DNA of 54,098 nucleotides from Parcubacteria group bacterium GW2011_GWA2_43_13 (lineage in GTDB: Bacteria; Patescibacteriota; Patescibacteriia; UBA9629; GWA2-43-13), in assembly GCA_000999025.1 (NCBI GenBank), contig LCFM01000007.1, forward strand, positions 1 to 54,098, in the 5' to 3' direction. The translations under genes were made by a program, and so were the position numbers. Positions within the stretch are counted from its first letter, which is position 1. Each line of letters opens with the position of its first letter. This document shows, one piece after another, positions 9,239 through 17,978 of this stretch. A model generated the notes under the pieces. It made no database searches and was not told where the DNA came from. It worked only from the letters and a program-made list of their open reading frames with translations.

Positions 9239-9322
9239 GGGTGGGTACTCAAGCGGTCAACGAGGGCAGACTGTAAATCTGCTGGCCTCCGGCCTCCATA
9301 GGTTCGAATCCTATCCCACCCA
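9239..9322 (+). tRNA. trnY: tRNA-Tyr(GTA)
   Basis: GGGTGGG/CCCACCC acceptor stem; GCAGA-CTGTAAA-TCTGC anticodon arm; long variable arm; CCA not encoded. Confidence 0.95.
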
Positions 9323-9362
9323 GTACATTACATTCGACATTCGAAGCACGAAACAGTCAAAA

Positions 9363-9463
9363 CAAAATGAAATGCTTGCATTTCGTTTTGAGAGGAGGAA
9401 GGTATGCAAGCTGGAGTTTTTGAGTTCACTCAAAAACGGAAGCTGAAATACTCTTCTGACGAG
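9363..9463 (+). repeat. Structured ~100-nt element, copy 2, directly 5' of tRNA-Thr(TGT)
   Basis: Near-identical to 9140..9238. Confidence 0.85.
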
Positions 9464-9464
9464 A

Positions 9465-9537
9465 GCCACCTTAGCTCAGCTGGTAGAGCAACGGTTTTGT
9501 AAACCGTGGGTCCGCGGTTCGAGTCCGCGAGGTGGCT
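9465..9537 (+). tRNA. trnT: tRNA-Thr(TGT)
   Basis: GCCACCT/AGGTGGC acceptor stem; ACGGT-TTTGTAA-ACCGT anticodon arm; CCA not encoded. Confidence 0.95.
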
Positions 9538-9544
9538 TTGCGTT

Positions 9545-9579
9545 CCCGCTCCTTTCCAAGGAGAGGGGTAGGGTGAGGT
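9545..9579 (+). repeat. REP-like palindrome, family A
   Basis: CCCGCTCCTT tcc AAGGAGAGGG GTAGGGTGAGGT. Confidence 0.75.
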
Positions 9580-9613
9580 AATTTTTAATAATGATTTATT
9601 ACTATATAACTAT

Positions 9614-9769
9614 ATGTCCCAAGACAACATGATTAAGTTAGAGTGCACAAATTGCAAGCGGGTGAATTATCACAGTCACAAGAATAAGAAAACACTTAAA
9701 ACCCGGCTGGAAGTAAAAAAACACTGCAAGTATTGCAAAATGCACGTAATACACAAGGAAACAAAGTAA
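9614..9769 (+). CDS. rpmG: 50S ribosomal protein L33 (zinc-ribbon form); not in the ORF track because it is under 60 aa
   Basis: Translates to MSQDNMIKLECTNCKRVNYHSHKNKKTLKTRLEVKKHCKYCKMHVIHKETK; canonical position before tRNA-Trp. Confidence 0.95.
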   Translation: MSQDNMIKLECTNCKRVNYHSHKNKKTLKTRLEVKKHCKYCKMHVIHKETK

Positions 9770-9788
9770 TGTGCGACGCATCGTCGTT

Positions 9789-9823
9789 CCCTCTCCTTAA
9801 TAAGGAGAGGGTTAGGGTGAGGT
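9789..9823 (+). repeat. REP-like palindrome, family A
   Basis: CCCTCTCCTTA a TAAGGAGAGGG TTAGGGTGAGGT. Confidence 0.8.
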
Positions 9824-9867
9824 TTCCGTGCTTCGGGTTTTGAATTTTCCGCCCTTCGGGCGGGTGA

Positions 9868-9941
9868 GGGGGCGTAATTTAATGGTAGAATGCCGTTCTC
9901 CAAAAGCGGATGCGTAGGTTCGATTCCTACCGCCCCTGCCA
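9868..9941 (+). tRNA. trnW: tRNA-Trp(CCA)
   Basis: CCGTT-CTCCAAA-AGCGG anticodon arm; GGTTCGATTCC T-arm; encoded CCA. Confidence 0.93.
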
Positions 9942-9990
9942 AAAAAATAGAATCGCCGTTTTCGTCAAAATTTTGAGCTTTGAAATAATT

Positions 9991-11076
9991 ATGGCAAACA
10001 GTAATCTTACAAACGCAAAAAAAGTAAAGAATGACGAGTTCTATACCCAGTTCGGCGATATTCAGAAAGAGATTGAAGCGTATTTGGAATACAACCCCGA
10101 TGTATTCCGCGGCAAAGTAGTGTATTGCAACTGCGACGATCCGTTTGAGAGTAATTTTTTTCGCTATTTCGTGCTCAATTTCAATAAGCTTGGATTGAAA
10201 CAGCTTATCACTACCAGCTACAAACCCTCGCCCATAGCAAATACGCAAATAGGGTTGTTTGGTGATGATAAGACCCTCACAAAATCAAAAGGCCGTCCAA
10301 AGGTAAACGCCAACAAGTTTATTATCAACGAAGTTGGTGACATAGACGGCGACGGCGAGTTCAACTTGAAAGATGTTGCTAAGCAGCTAAAAGCAAACAA
10401 ACATAACGAATGGACGCCATTAGAAGGCGAAGGCGACTTCCGTAGCGATGAATGTATAAGTATACTTAAACAATCCGACATAGTGGTAACAAATCCGCCG
10501 TTTAGTTTGTTTCGCGAATATGTTAAACAACTTTTTGACTACAATAAAAAGTTTGTGATTATTGGAAACATGAATGCGATTACATATAAAGAAATTTTTC
10601 CATTAATCAAAAATAATAAGTTGTGGTTAGGAAATGGTTTCCGTGCTGGTAATGCTTACTTTTCTACCCCTTTTGCAAAAGAATATGGGGAAGGAATATA
10701 CAATCCCGAAACGGGCCTAGTGAAATTCCGCAATGTTTGTTGGTTTACAAATCTTGACCACGGGCGTCGTCATCAACCGTTGCCACTTATGACAATGGAA
10801 GATAATTTAAAATTCAGCAAACACAAAGAAATTAAAGGCAAAAAAGCGTATGATACATATGACAATTACGATGCCATAGAAGTGCCGTTTACCAATGCAA
10901 TCCCAAGCGATTATAGCGGCGTAATGGGTGTGCCGATCAGTTTTTTAGATAAATACAATCCTGACCAGTTTGAGATTATAAAATTTAGACACGGCGATGA
11001 CGGAAAAGATTTGCGATTAAAAAAAGACGGATCATGCCCCTATTTTAGAGTTTTAATGAGACATAAGAAAAAATAG
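9991..11076 (+). CDS. Adenine-specific DNA methyltransferase, EcoRI-like family
   Basis: KNDEFYT, VVYCNCDDP, GDFRS, catalytic VTNPPFS, GVMGVPISFLDKY. Confidence 0.9.
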   Translation: MANSNLTNAKKVKNDEFYTQFGDIQKEIEAYLEYNPDVFRGKVVYCNCDDPFESNFFRYFVLNFNKLGLKQLITTSYKPSPIANTQIGLFGDDKTLTKSKGRPKVNANKFIINEVGDIDGDGEFNLKDVAKQLKANKHNEWTPLEGEGDFRSDECISILKQSDIVVTNPPFSLFREYVKQLFDYNKKFVIIGNMNAITYKEIFPLIKNNKLWLGNGFRAGNAYFSTPFAKEYGEGIYNPETGLVKFRNVCWFTNLDHGRRHQPLPLMTMEDNLKFSKHKEIKGKKAYDTYDNYDAIEVPFTNAIPSDYSGVMGVPISFLDKYNPDQFEIIKFRHGDDGKDLRLKKDGSCPYFRVLMRHKKK

Positions 11077-11077
11077 T

Positions 11078-11923
11078 ATGAAAAATAATACTTCATTGGC
11101 TATTTTTGAAACTCATAAAATTCGCCGTTATTTTGATGAAAAAACGGAAATTTGGTATTTTTCAGTTATTGATATTGTGGCGGCTCTGACGGAACAATTA
11201 GATTTTCAATTGGCAAGAAATTATTGGAAAGTCCTGAAAATCCGCTTGGTAAAAGAAGGAAGTGAAGTGGTTACAAAATGTAACCGGTTGAAAATGATAG
11301 CTCAAGATGGCAAGATGCGAGAAACTGATGTCGCTGATGTGGAAACTATTTTGCGCCTGATTCAATCAGTTCCCAGTAAAAAAGCCGAACCGATAAAATT
11401 ATGGTTGGCAAAGGTTGGCTATGAACGGGTGCAGGAAATGAGTGATCCGGAAAAGGCGCTTAATCGCAGTCGCGAGTATTGGCAGAAAATGGGAAGAGAT
11501 CCAAAGTGGATTCAGCAAAGAATGATGGGGCAGGAAATCAGAAATAAATTAACGGATTATTGGAAAGACAATGAGGTGCGAGAAAAAGAAGAATACGCCA
11601 TTTTGACGAATATTATTCATCAGGAATGGAGCGATTTGACGGTGAAAGAACATAAGGGTTTAAAAAAATTGAAACGGGAAAATCTGCGCGACCATATGAC
11701 GGACGCGGAGTTGGTCTTTACGGCTTTGGCGGAACTTTCTACACGGCAGATCTCCGAGACGATGAATACAAAAGGATTGGAGGAAAATAAAATTCCGGCG
11801 AAAAAAGGCGGACAAGTGGCGAAAAACGCGCGCTTGGAATTGGAACAAAAAACCGACAAGAAAGTGGTGAGTGGCAGAAATTTTAAACAGCTGTCGGAAC
11901 AAAAAAAGTTAAAAGGTAAATAG
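11078..11923 (+). CDS. BRO-N domain DNA-binding protein
   Basis: WYFSVIDIV, RNYWKVLK, DGKMRETD, RLIQSVPSKKAEPIKLWLA, NLRDHM. Confidence 0.85.
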   Translation: MKNNTSLAIFETHKIRRYFDEKTEIWYFSVIDIVAALTEQLDFQLARNYWKVLKIRLVKEGSEVVTKCNRLKMIAQDGKMRETDVADVETILRLIQSVPSKKAEPIKLWLAKVGYERVQEMSDPEKALNRSREYWQKMGRDPKWIQQRMMGQEIRNKLTDYWKDNEVREKEEYAILTNIIHQEWSDLTVKEHKGLKKLKRENLRDHMTDAELVFTALAELSTRQISETMNTKGLEENKIPAKKGGQVAKNARLELEQKTDKKVVSGRNFKQLSEQKKLKGK

Positions 11924-11961
11924 TATTAGATGCTAAAATCTCCATTAAGCAATAAAATAAT

Positions 11962-13131
11962 ATGAAAACAACTTTAAAGACCAACATTACTGTTAAGGAT
12001 ATTTGCGAAGGGTTTGTCTACAACGAACTGGAGGGCAAGGGGTTATTTGGCTTTGGGGGCAAGCTCACTATTCAGCCGGAGTATCAGCGCAACTATATCT
12101 ATGCCGAAGGCGACGGTAAAAGAGAGATGGCTGTTATTGAATCAATACTTAAAGGTTATCCAATAGGTTTGATTTATTTTAATAAGGTTTCTGAAAATAA
12201 TTTAGAAGTTTTGGACGGGCAACAACGCATCACCAGTGTTGGGCGTTTTGTGACTGACAAATTTGCCATCCAAGATGAAAACGGTAACCCGCAAAACTTT
12301 TTCGGCATGGCACAAGACAAGAAAACCAAGATTTTGGGAACAAAACTGCTTATTTATGAATGCGAAGGGACAGAAAGCCAGATAAAAGAGTGGTTTAGGA
12401 CAATCAATATTGCCGGTGTTCCACTTAATCCCCAAGAGTTGCTTAATGCCGTGTATTCAGGACCATTTGTAACGCTCGGCAAAGAAGAGTTTAGTAATAG
12501 CCAAAACTCTAATATCCAAAAATGGAGCGCGTATGTATTGGGTAGCACTAATAGGCAAGATTTTTTGGAATGTGCTCTGGAATGGGTAAGTAAGAGCAAT
12601 ATCGGCGATTATATGAGCAGTCATAGATATGACGCAAATATTATTGAGCTGAAAAAGTATTTCAGCAGTGTGATTGACTGGGTATTTAGTGTGTTTATTG
12701 ATGTGGAAAGTGAGATGCGTGGACTGGAGTGGGGACGGTTGTATGAGCAATACCATAAAAAATCATATAATCCAAAAAAGGTTTGGGAAGAAGTGCAAAA
12801 ACTATATGGCGATCTGTATGTCAAAAATCGCAAAGGTATTTTTGAGTTTATCTTAGGTGGTTCTACTGATACGAAATTGCTTGAGGTTAGGGTCTTTGAT
12901 GACGCAACCAAAAAATCATCATACAAAGAACAAACAACTAAAGCAGATAAAAAAGGTGAATCAAACTGCTCACACTGTGCTATTGGACATGATGCCAATA
13001 AAGAAACAATTTGGAGTATAAATGACATGGATGCCGACCATGTAACGGCTTGGAGTAAGGGCGGCGCAACTTCGGCAAAAAATTGCCAGATGTTGTGTAA
13101 GACACACAACCGAGCAAAAGGAAATCGGTAA
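11962..13131 (+). CDS. DUF262 (ParB/Srx-like) plus HNH endonuclease, GmrSD-related
   Basis: [19 protein letters not shown]; C-terminal CSHC...DADHV..WSKGG...NCQMLC..HN. Confidence 0.88.
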   Translation: MKTTLKTNITVKDICEGFVYNELEGKGLFGFGGKLTIQPEYQRNYIYAEGDGKREMAVIESILKGYPIGLIYFNKVSENNLEVLDGQQRITSVGRFVTDKFAIQDENGNPQNFFGMAQDKKTKILGTKLLIYECEGTESQIKEWFRTINIAGVPLNPQELLNAVYSGPFVTLGKEEFSNSQNSNIQKWSAYVLGSTNRQDFLECALEWVSKSNIGDYMSSHRYDANIIELKKYFSSVIDWVFSVFIDVESEMRGLEWGRLYEQYHKKSYNPKKVWEEVQKLYGDLYVKNRKGIFEFILGGSTDTKLLEVRVFDDATKKSSYKEQTTKADKKGESNCSHCAIGHDANKETIWSINDMDADHVTAWSKGGATSAKNCQMLCKTHNRAKGNR

Positions 13132-13175
13132 TGCAAACAAGATAATTGAATAAAATCTGGAAAATAAAACCTTAT

Positions 13176-13336
13176 GGGACTGTCGCCGAATGCCATATTT
13201 GGCATAAAACCTTAAATTTCGGTAAATTTCTCCGAACAATTTTTCGCTAATGTATCCACATTACCTCAAAATTCTTCGTAAAAATTTCCTCGAAATTTAA
13301 GATTTTCTCCTCAAAAGAGCATTCGGCGACAGCCTC
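13176..13336. mobile_element. Putative MITE (161 bp)
   Basis: Terminal inverted repeats CTGTCGCCGAATGC/GCATTCGGCGACAG; internal long imperfect palindrome; CTTAT direct repeats at 13171-13175 and 13337-13341. Confidence 0.7.
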
Positions 13337-13422
13337 CTTATATAAAAATTGTGGCCGAAAGTATTAAATTTGTGCTAAAATGAGAAGATCTAAAACATTA
13401 ACTAACAACTAATTAAAAACAT

Positions 13423-13761
13423 ATGAAGAAATTTATTGTTTTGTATCATGCGCAAAAAGGTGCAATGGAAGAAATGGGCAAGATGAGTATTGAACAGCAA
13501 AAAGCCGGTATGGATATGTGGATGGAGTGGGGTAAAAAGTGTGGTAGCGGGTTAATTGACATGGGGACTCCACTTGGCAATGCTCATTCTATGAGCAAAG
13601 ACAACCATGGACCAAGTGGTAGTGATGTAGTGGGTTATTCTATGTTACAAGCAGAATCTATGGGAGAAGTAAGAAAAATGATAGAGGGACACCCACACCT
13701 TATGATGCCTGGGTCATGCTCAATTGAAGTACACGAATCTTTGCCAATTCCGGGAATGTAA
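13423..13761 (+). CDS. YCII-related small protein
   Basis: MKKFIVLYH, WMEW, DMGTPLG, GYSMLQAES, HPHL, IEVHE. Confidence 0.65.
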   Translation: MKKFIVLYHAQKGAMEEMGKMSIEQQKAGMDMWMEWGKKCGSGLIDMGTPLGNAHSMSKDNHGPSGSDVVGYSMLQAESMGEVRKMIEGHPHLMMPGSCSIEVHESLPIPGM

Positions 13762-13788
13762 ACAAATTAAATTTGATAGTATACAACT

Positions 13789-14103
13789 ATGAAAAATCTT
13801 TCTTTATTTTTAAGGGGGTTGATTCAGGCGATTATTGCTGTGGCGTATATTGTGCTTGTAGTGTCTATTATGTCGCAGAAGCAGAAATGGGTTGGCCCTA
13901 ACCCAGAAGTTATTACTGGCACTCTTATGTTATTGCTGTTTGTGGTATCTGCTACAGTGATGGCACTCGTCGTGTTCGGAACACCAGTGATATGGTATAT
14001 TGACGGCAAGAAAAAGGAAGCCATTCGTTTGGTGCTGTATACCATCGGATCATTGGCAGGTATTTTGATCATTGCCTTTATCTTTGCTGGGTTTCTTTTT
14101 TAG
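13789..14103 (+). CDS. Hypothetical membrane protein (3 TM)
   Basis: Three hydrophobic segments. Confidence 0.7.
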   Translation: MKNLSLFLRGLIQAIIAVAYIVLVVSIMSQKQKWVGPNPEVITGTLMLLLFVVSATVMALVVFGTPVIWYIDGKKKEAIRLVLYTIGSLAGILIIAFIFAGFLF

Positions 14104-14116
14104 CCCCCCTTAACCA

Positions 14117-14145
14117 TTGACTTTTCGTCAGCGAATAAGTAGAAT
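14117..14145 (+). promoter_or_regulatory. Sigma70 promoter of typA
   Basis: TTGACT-17 nt-TAGAAT. Confidence 0.65.
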
Positions 14146-14185
14146 AGGGTATCAGTTATCGCCACTGGTTTCCAGTGGTTTTTCT

Positions 14186-16000
14186 ATGCCATCAATTCGA
14201 AATATTGCCATTATCGCTCACGTTGACCACGGGAAAACAACCTTAGTTGACGCTCTTTTGCGTCAGGCGCATACAAAACTTTCCAAAGACGCGGCCGCGT
14301 CTGATTTAATCATGGATTCAAATGATATCGAGCGCGAGCGCGGCATTACCATCTTTTCCAAAAACGCGTCAGTGATGTGGCAGGATGTAAAAATCAATAT
14401 TATTGATACTCCGGGCCATGCCGATTTTGGCGGCGAGGTGGAGCGGGTGCTTTCTATGGCCGATGGTTGTTTGTTATTGGTTGATGCAAAAGAAGGTCCC
14501 ATGCCCCAAACACGGTTTGTGCTCAAAAAGGCGTTATCGTTAAAACATAAAATTATTGTGGTCATTAATAAAATAGATAAAAGCGATGCAAATCCTGATC
14601 ATGCTTTGGATAAAACATTTGATTTATTCGTTGAACTTGGGGCTGATGATCGCGCTCTTGATTTTCCCATTGTGTACGCATCGGCAAAACAAGGCAAGGC
14701 CGGGCTTGAAGCGGATATCACAACCATGAATGATATTACTCCGTTGTTCGATGTTATTTTAAAACATATTCCCGCTCCTACGGGCAATGCGCAAGAATCG
14801 CTTCAGATGCTTATCACCTCTCTTTCATCTGATGATTTTAAAGGGAAAATCGGTATTGGCAGGATTTATAACGGCACCATGCGCAAAGGACAGGAGATTG
14901 TTCATATCAATCGCGTAGGGGTCCATGCGGTAGCTCGCATTACATCGTTGATGACATTTATTGGATTAGAGCGTGTTGAAGTTGAGAGCGCAGAGGCAGG
15001 TGATATTGTAGCGCTCGCCGGAATTTCTGATATTACAATAGGTGAGACCATTGCGGATAAAGAGAATCCCAAAGCATTGCCCTTGCTTTCTGTTGATCAG
15101 CCGACAGTGAAAATGGTATTTACGGTTAATAATTCCCCGTTTGCCGGCACTGAAGGCACATACAGCACATCTCGCCAAGTTCGCGAACGGCTTGCTCAAG
15201 AACTGCAAACAGATGTTGCATTGCGTATTGAAGATAGCGATGACGGAGCATGGACTGTTTCAGGCCGAGGCGAGCTTCACTTGGCTATTTTTATTGAACG
15301 CCTGCGTCGCGAGGGGTACGAGTTTCAGGTTGGACGGCCACATGTTATTGCAAAAGAAGTTGACGGGAAAACAATGGTTCCGTATGAATGGCTGACAATT
15401 GAGGTTCCGGAAGAGTATTCAGGACTTGTGATTGAAAATATCGGCAAGCGGAATGGCGTTATGCAGGATATGAAAGTTGAAAATGGAGTTGCGTTTATGG
15501 AATTTTTAATTCCAACGCGCGGGTTATTTGGGTATCGTAATGAATTTTTAACAGAGACGCGCGGTTTGGGGATTATGCACAGTATTTTTTACCAGTATCA
15601 GCCAGATGTAGCGAATTGGCGTGAACGCGAGCAGGGCTCTCTTGTTGCCACAGAAGCAGGTGTTACAAATTTGTACGGCTTATTAAATATTCAAAATCGT
15701 GGTATATTGTTTTTAGGGTCTGCAGTAAAGATTTATAAAGGTCAAGTCGTGGGCCAGCACTCGCGGTCTGGGGATTTGCAAGTGAACGCATGCAAAGCAA
15801 AAGAACTTTCTAATATGCGTTCAAAGGGCGATGGGCCAACTGAACATTTTGATGTTCCACGCGTTATGTTATTGGAAAACGCATTGCAGTATATTGGTGA
15901 TGATGAAATGGTGGAAGTGACTCCTCTTAATGTTCGCATAAGAAAAATTGTTCTTGATAAAGATGACGAACGCCGCAGAGCGCGGGGGATGACAAAATAG
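14186..16000 (+). CDS. typA: Translational GTPase TypA/BipA
   Basis: RNIAIIAHVDHGKTT, ERGITI, DTPGHADFGGEVER, GRGELHL, EVTP..RIRK. Confidence 0.96.
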   Translation: MPSIRNIAIIAHVDHGKTTLVDALLRQAHTKLSKDAAASDLIMDSNDIERERGITIFSKNASVMWQDVKINIIDTPGHADFGGEVERVLSMADGCLLLVDAKEGPMPQTRFVLKKALSLKHKIIVVINKIDKSDANPDHALDKTFDLFVELGADDRALDFPIVYASAKQGKAGLEADITTMNDITPLFDVILKHIPAPTGNAQESLQMLITSLSSDDFKGKIGIGRIYNGTMRKGQEIVHINRVGVHAVARITSLMTFIGLERVEVESAEAGDIVALAGISDITIGETIADKENPKALPLLSVDQPTVKMVFTVNNSPFAGTEGTYSTSRQVRERLAQELQTDVALRIEDSDDGAWTVSGRGELHLAIFIERLRREGYEFQVGRPHVIAKEVDGKTMVPYEWLTIEVPEEYSGLVIENIGKRNGVMQDMKVENGVAFMEFLIPTRGLFGYRNEFLTETRGLGIMHSIFYQYQPDVANWREREQGSLVATEAGVTNLYGLLNIQNRGILFLGSAVKIYKGQVVGQHSRSGDLQVNACKAKELSNMRSKGDGPTEHFDVPRVMLLENALQYIGDDEMVEVTPLNVRIRKIVLDKDDERRRARGMTK

Positions 16001-16002
16001 AT

Positions 16003-16389
16003 ATGAATATATCACAACGCATGGCTTTATGTCTTATGCTTTTTCTACTGACAGCAGGGGTGTTTTGTTTATCCTCTGTGGCTTTGGCCACAAAAAATCC
16101 AAGGCCTGACGCCACTATCACCCATCACAGCGCTTCTTTTGTGTGTCCGATGCAAATGCCTACTCCGTTTGATTCTCATATGATACCATTTGCTGGTACT
16201 ATCATTCCTCAAGACGTTGTATCGTTTTTCCTCTTTTTTGCAGTGTTACTGGTTGTTGTTGTGAGCTTGAATGAACGCTATCGTTTTTATATCCAACAGT
16301 TATTATCATCATATGGGGGTCTTAAACAGTTTTCTTATTGGGCAGAACTTTTTGCCAAGGGGATATTGCATTCAAAAATTTTTGCATAA
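16003..16389 (+). CDS. Small membrane protein upstream of the copper genes
   Basis: Signal/TM segment, HH...CPMQM..H segment, second TM, C-terminal ELFAKGILHSKIFA. Confidence 0.6.
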   Translation: MNISQRMALCLMLFLLTAGVFCLSSVALATKNPRPDATITHHSASFVCPMQMPTPFDSHMIPFAGTIIPQDVVSFFLFFAVLLVVVVSLNERYRFYIQQLLSSYGGLKQFSYWAELFAKGILHSKIFA

Positions 16390-16398
16390 TACACACAG

Positions 16399-16452
16399 CG
16401 AGGAATACGCATATATGCAATGATACACATTGTCTGCCTTCCTCGTTTTTTT
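16399..16452 (+). terminator. Putative intrinsic terminator between the small ORF and the copper operon
   Basis: CGAGGAA...TTCCTCG followed by T7; the loop is large, so the call is weak. Confidence 0.45.
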
Positions 16453-16468
16453 AGTTCTATACAAGAGT

Positions 16469-16517
16469 CGTAGAGACGGGGTTCCCGCCAAAGGCGGGCA
16501 AGAACCCTATCTCTACG
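16469..16517. repeat. REP-like palindrome, family B (GTAGAGACG...CGTCTCTAC) with nested CCCGCC/GGCGGG
   Basis: CGTAGAGACGGGGTT cccgccaaaggcgggcaa GAACCCTATCTCTACG. Confidence 0.8.
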
Positions 16518-16566
16518 AGAAGGATATGTTAATAGTAACAGAAATTAATAGCGATAGCGTAGAACT

Positions 16567-17931
16567 ATGAAAGTATTCACTTTTAAAGTGCAGGGCATGA
16601 CATGCCAGAGTTGCGAGGTGCTGATAGAAGACATGGTAAAAGAATTGGACGGCGTGACAAAAGTTTCATTGAATTTCCGAACAGGACGGATGAAGGTTGT
16701 AACCGACGGCAGGGCAGTAACAGCAAAACAAATTCATCACATGGTTTCTGATCATGGATACCACGTTTACGATGAGCAAACGCAGGTAACTCCGGCCCAT
16801 TCTCAAGAACGTGAGCCAGTTGACATTGGCGAGTTGATTATCATTGCTCTTATTATCGGTATTGTGTTCATCTTTTTGCGCGGAGCCGGAATTATTAACC
16901 TCGGCCGTTTTAGTGTTGCAGAGGGGGCGAGCTATGGTGTGATTTTTCTTGTTGGTCTTCTTGCCGCAAGCTCGAGTTGTATTGCTGTTGCAGGCGGGTT
17001 GCTGTTAAGTTCTGCGGCTACCTATCACAGCAAGCATCCTAACGCGTCTCGCAAACAGCGATTTGTCCCGCATCTCTTGTTTAATATCGGAAGAATCGCG
17101 TCGTACACACTATTTGGCGGGTTGATCGGGTTAGTTGGGAAGGCGGTAACTATTCCTCCTCAAGTTATTGGATTATTGATGGTTCTTGCGAGTGCTGTGA
17201 TGGTTGCGATGGGATTGAAGGTTTTGAGGATTGTTGATATTACCCGATATATTCATATCCCTATCCCAAAAGTGTTCGCGCGCATGGCGCATAATAGGAA
17301 GGAATCATCTTCAGGCATTGCTCCGTTATTTCTTGGCGCAAGTACGTTTTTTCTGCCATGCGGGTTTACGCAAGCATTGCAAGTGTATGTATTGACTTTG
17401 GGCAGTTTTACGCAAGGAGCGCTGATCATGCTTGTGTTTGCTTTGGGAACTGCGCCTGCTCTGCTATCATTGGGTGCTCTTACCAGTGTTACACGCGGAG
17501 TAACTCAAAAGTATGTAATGAAGTTTGCAGGCGTGTTGGTAGTTCTCCTTGGCATCTTTACCATCCAGAATGGCATGGCACTGGCAGGGATTCGTATCTC
17601 ATTGCCTGAAAGCAGTTCTTCTCAAAATGGCGCGTCTGCTCAAGTAAAGATTGAAAACGGAGTTCAAATTGTAGAAATGGCAGTTACGCGCAGGGGATAC
17701 GAACCGAACAATTTTATTGTTCAGCGCGGGATGCCTGTGAAATGGAAGATTGACGGCCAGTTTGTGTACGGGTGCCAGGCGTTTGTTACTGTCCCCTCGA
17801 TTGGACTCTCTCGGCAGATTGATGAAGGCGCTAATGTGATAGAATTTACTCCTAAAAAAGCAGGGAAGATGGCGTTTATGTGTTCTATGGGTATGTATCG
17901 AGGCACGTTTAACGTTGTTGATGCTCTGTAG
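16567..17931 (+). CDS. HMA - DsbD_2/TauE-like membrane domain - cupredoxin fusion (heavy-metal handling)
   Basis: [34 protein letters not shown]-terminal FMCSMGMY. Confidence 0.85.
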   Translation: MKVFTFKVQGMTCQSCEVLIEDMVKELDGVTKVSLNFRTGRMKVVTDGRAVTAKQIHHMVSDHGYHVYDEQTQVTPAHSQEREPVDIGELIIIALIIGIVFIFLRGAGIINLGRFSVAEGASYGVIFLVGLLAASSSCIAVAGGLLLSSAATYHSKHPNASRKQRFVPHLLFNIGRIASYTLFGGLIGLVGKAVTIPPQVIGLLMVLASAVMVAMGLKVLRIVDITRYIHIPIPKVFARMAHNRKESSSGIAPLFLGASTFFLPCGFTQALQVYVLTLGSFTQGALIMLVFALGTAPALLSLGALTSVTRGVTQKYVMKFAGVLVVLLGIFTIQNGMALAGIRISLPESSSSQNGASAQVKIENGVQIVEMAVTRRGYEPNNFIVQRGMPVKWKIDGQFVYGCQAFVTVPSIGLSRQIDEGANVIEFTPKKAGKMAFMCSMGMYRGTFNVVDAL

Positions 17932-17936
17932 CCAAT

Positions 17937-17970
17937 ATCCCCCTTCCCCTATGTATAGGGGAAGGGGGAT
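17937..17970. repeat. Perfect 16-bp hairpin related to family A
   Basis: ATCCCCCTTCCCCTAT gt ATAGGGGAAGGGGGAT. Confidence 0.7.
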
Positions 17971-17978
17971 TGTTATCT

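Noticed and set aside
9676-10248. 190-aa minus-strand ORF and the 9910 start for the methylase
   Set aside because: They overlap rpmG, tRNA-Trp and the methylase; the true methylase start is the ATG at 9991
9900-14110. attR copy of the tRNA-Trp 3' end delimiting an integrated island
   Set aside because: No convincing duplicate of the tRNA 3' end was found by eye and no integrase is present
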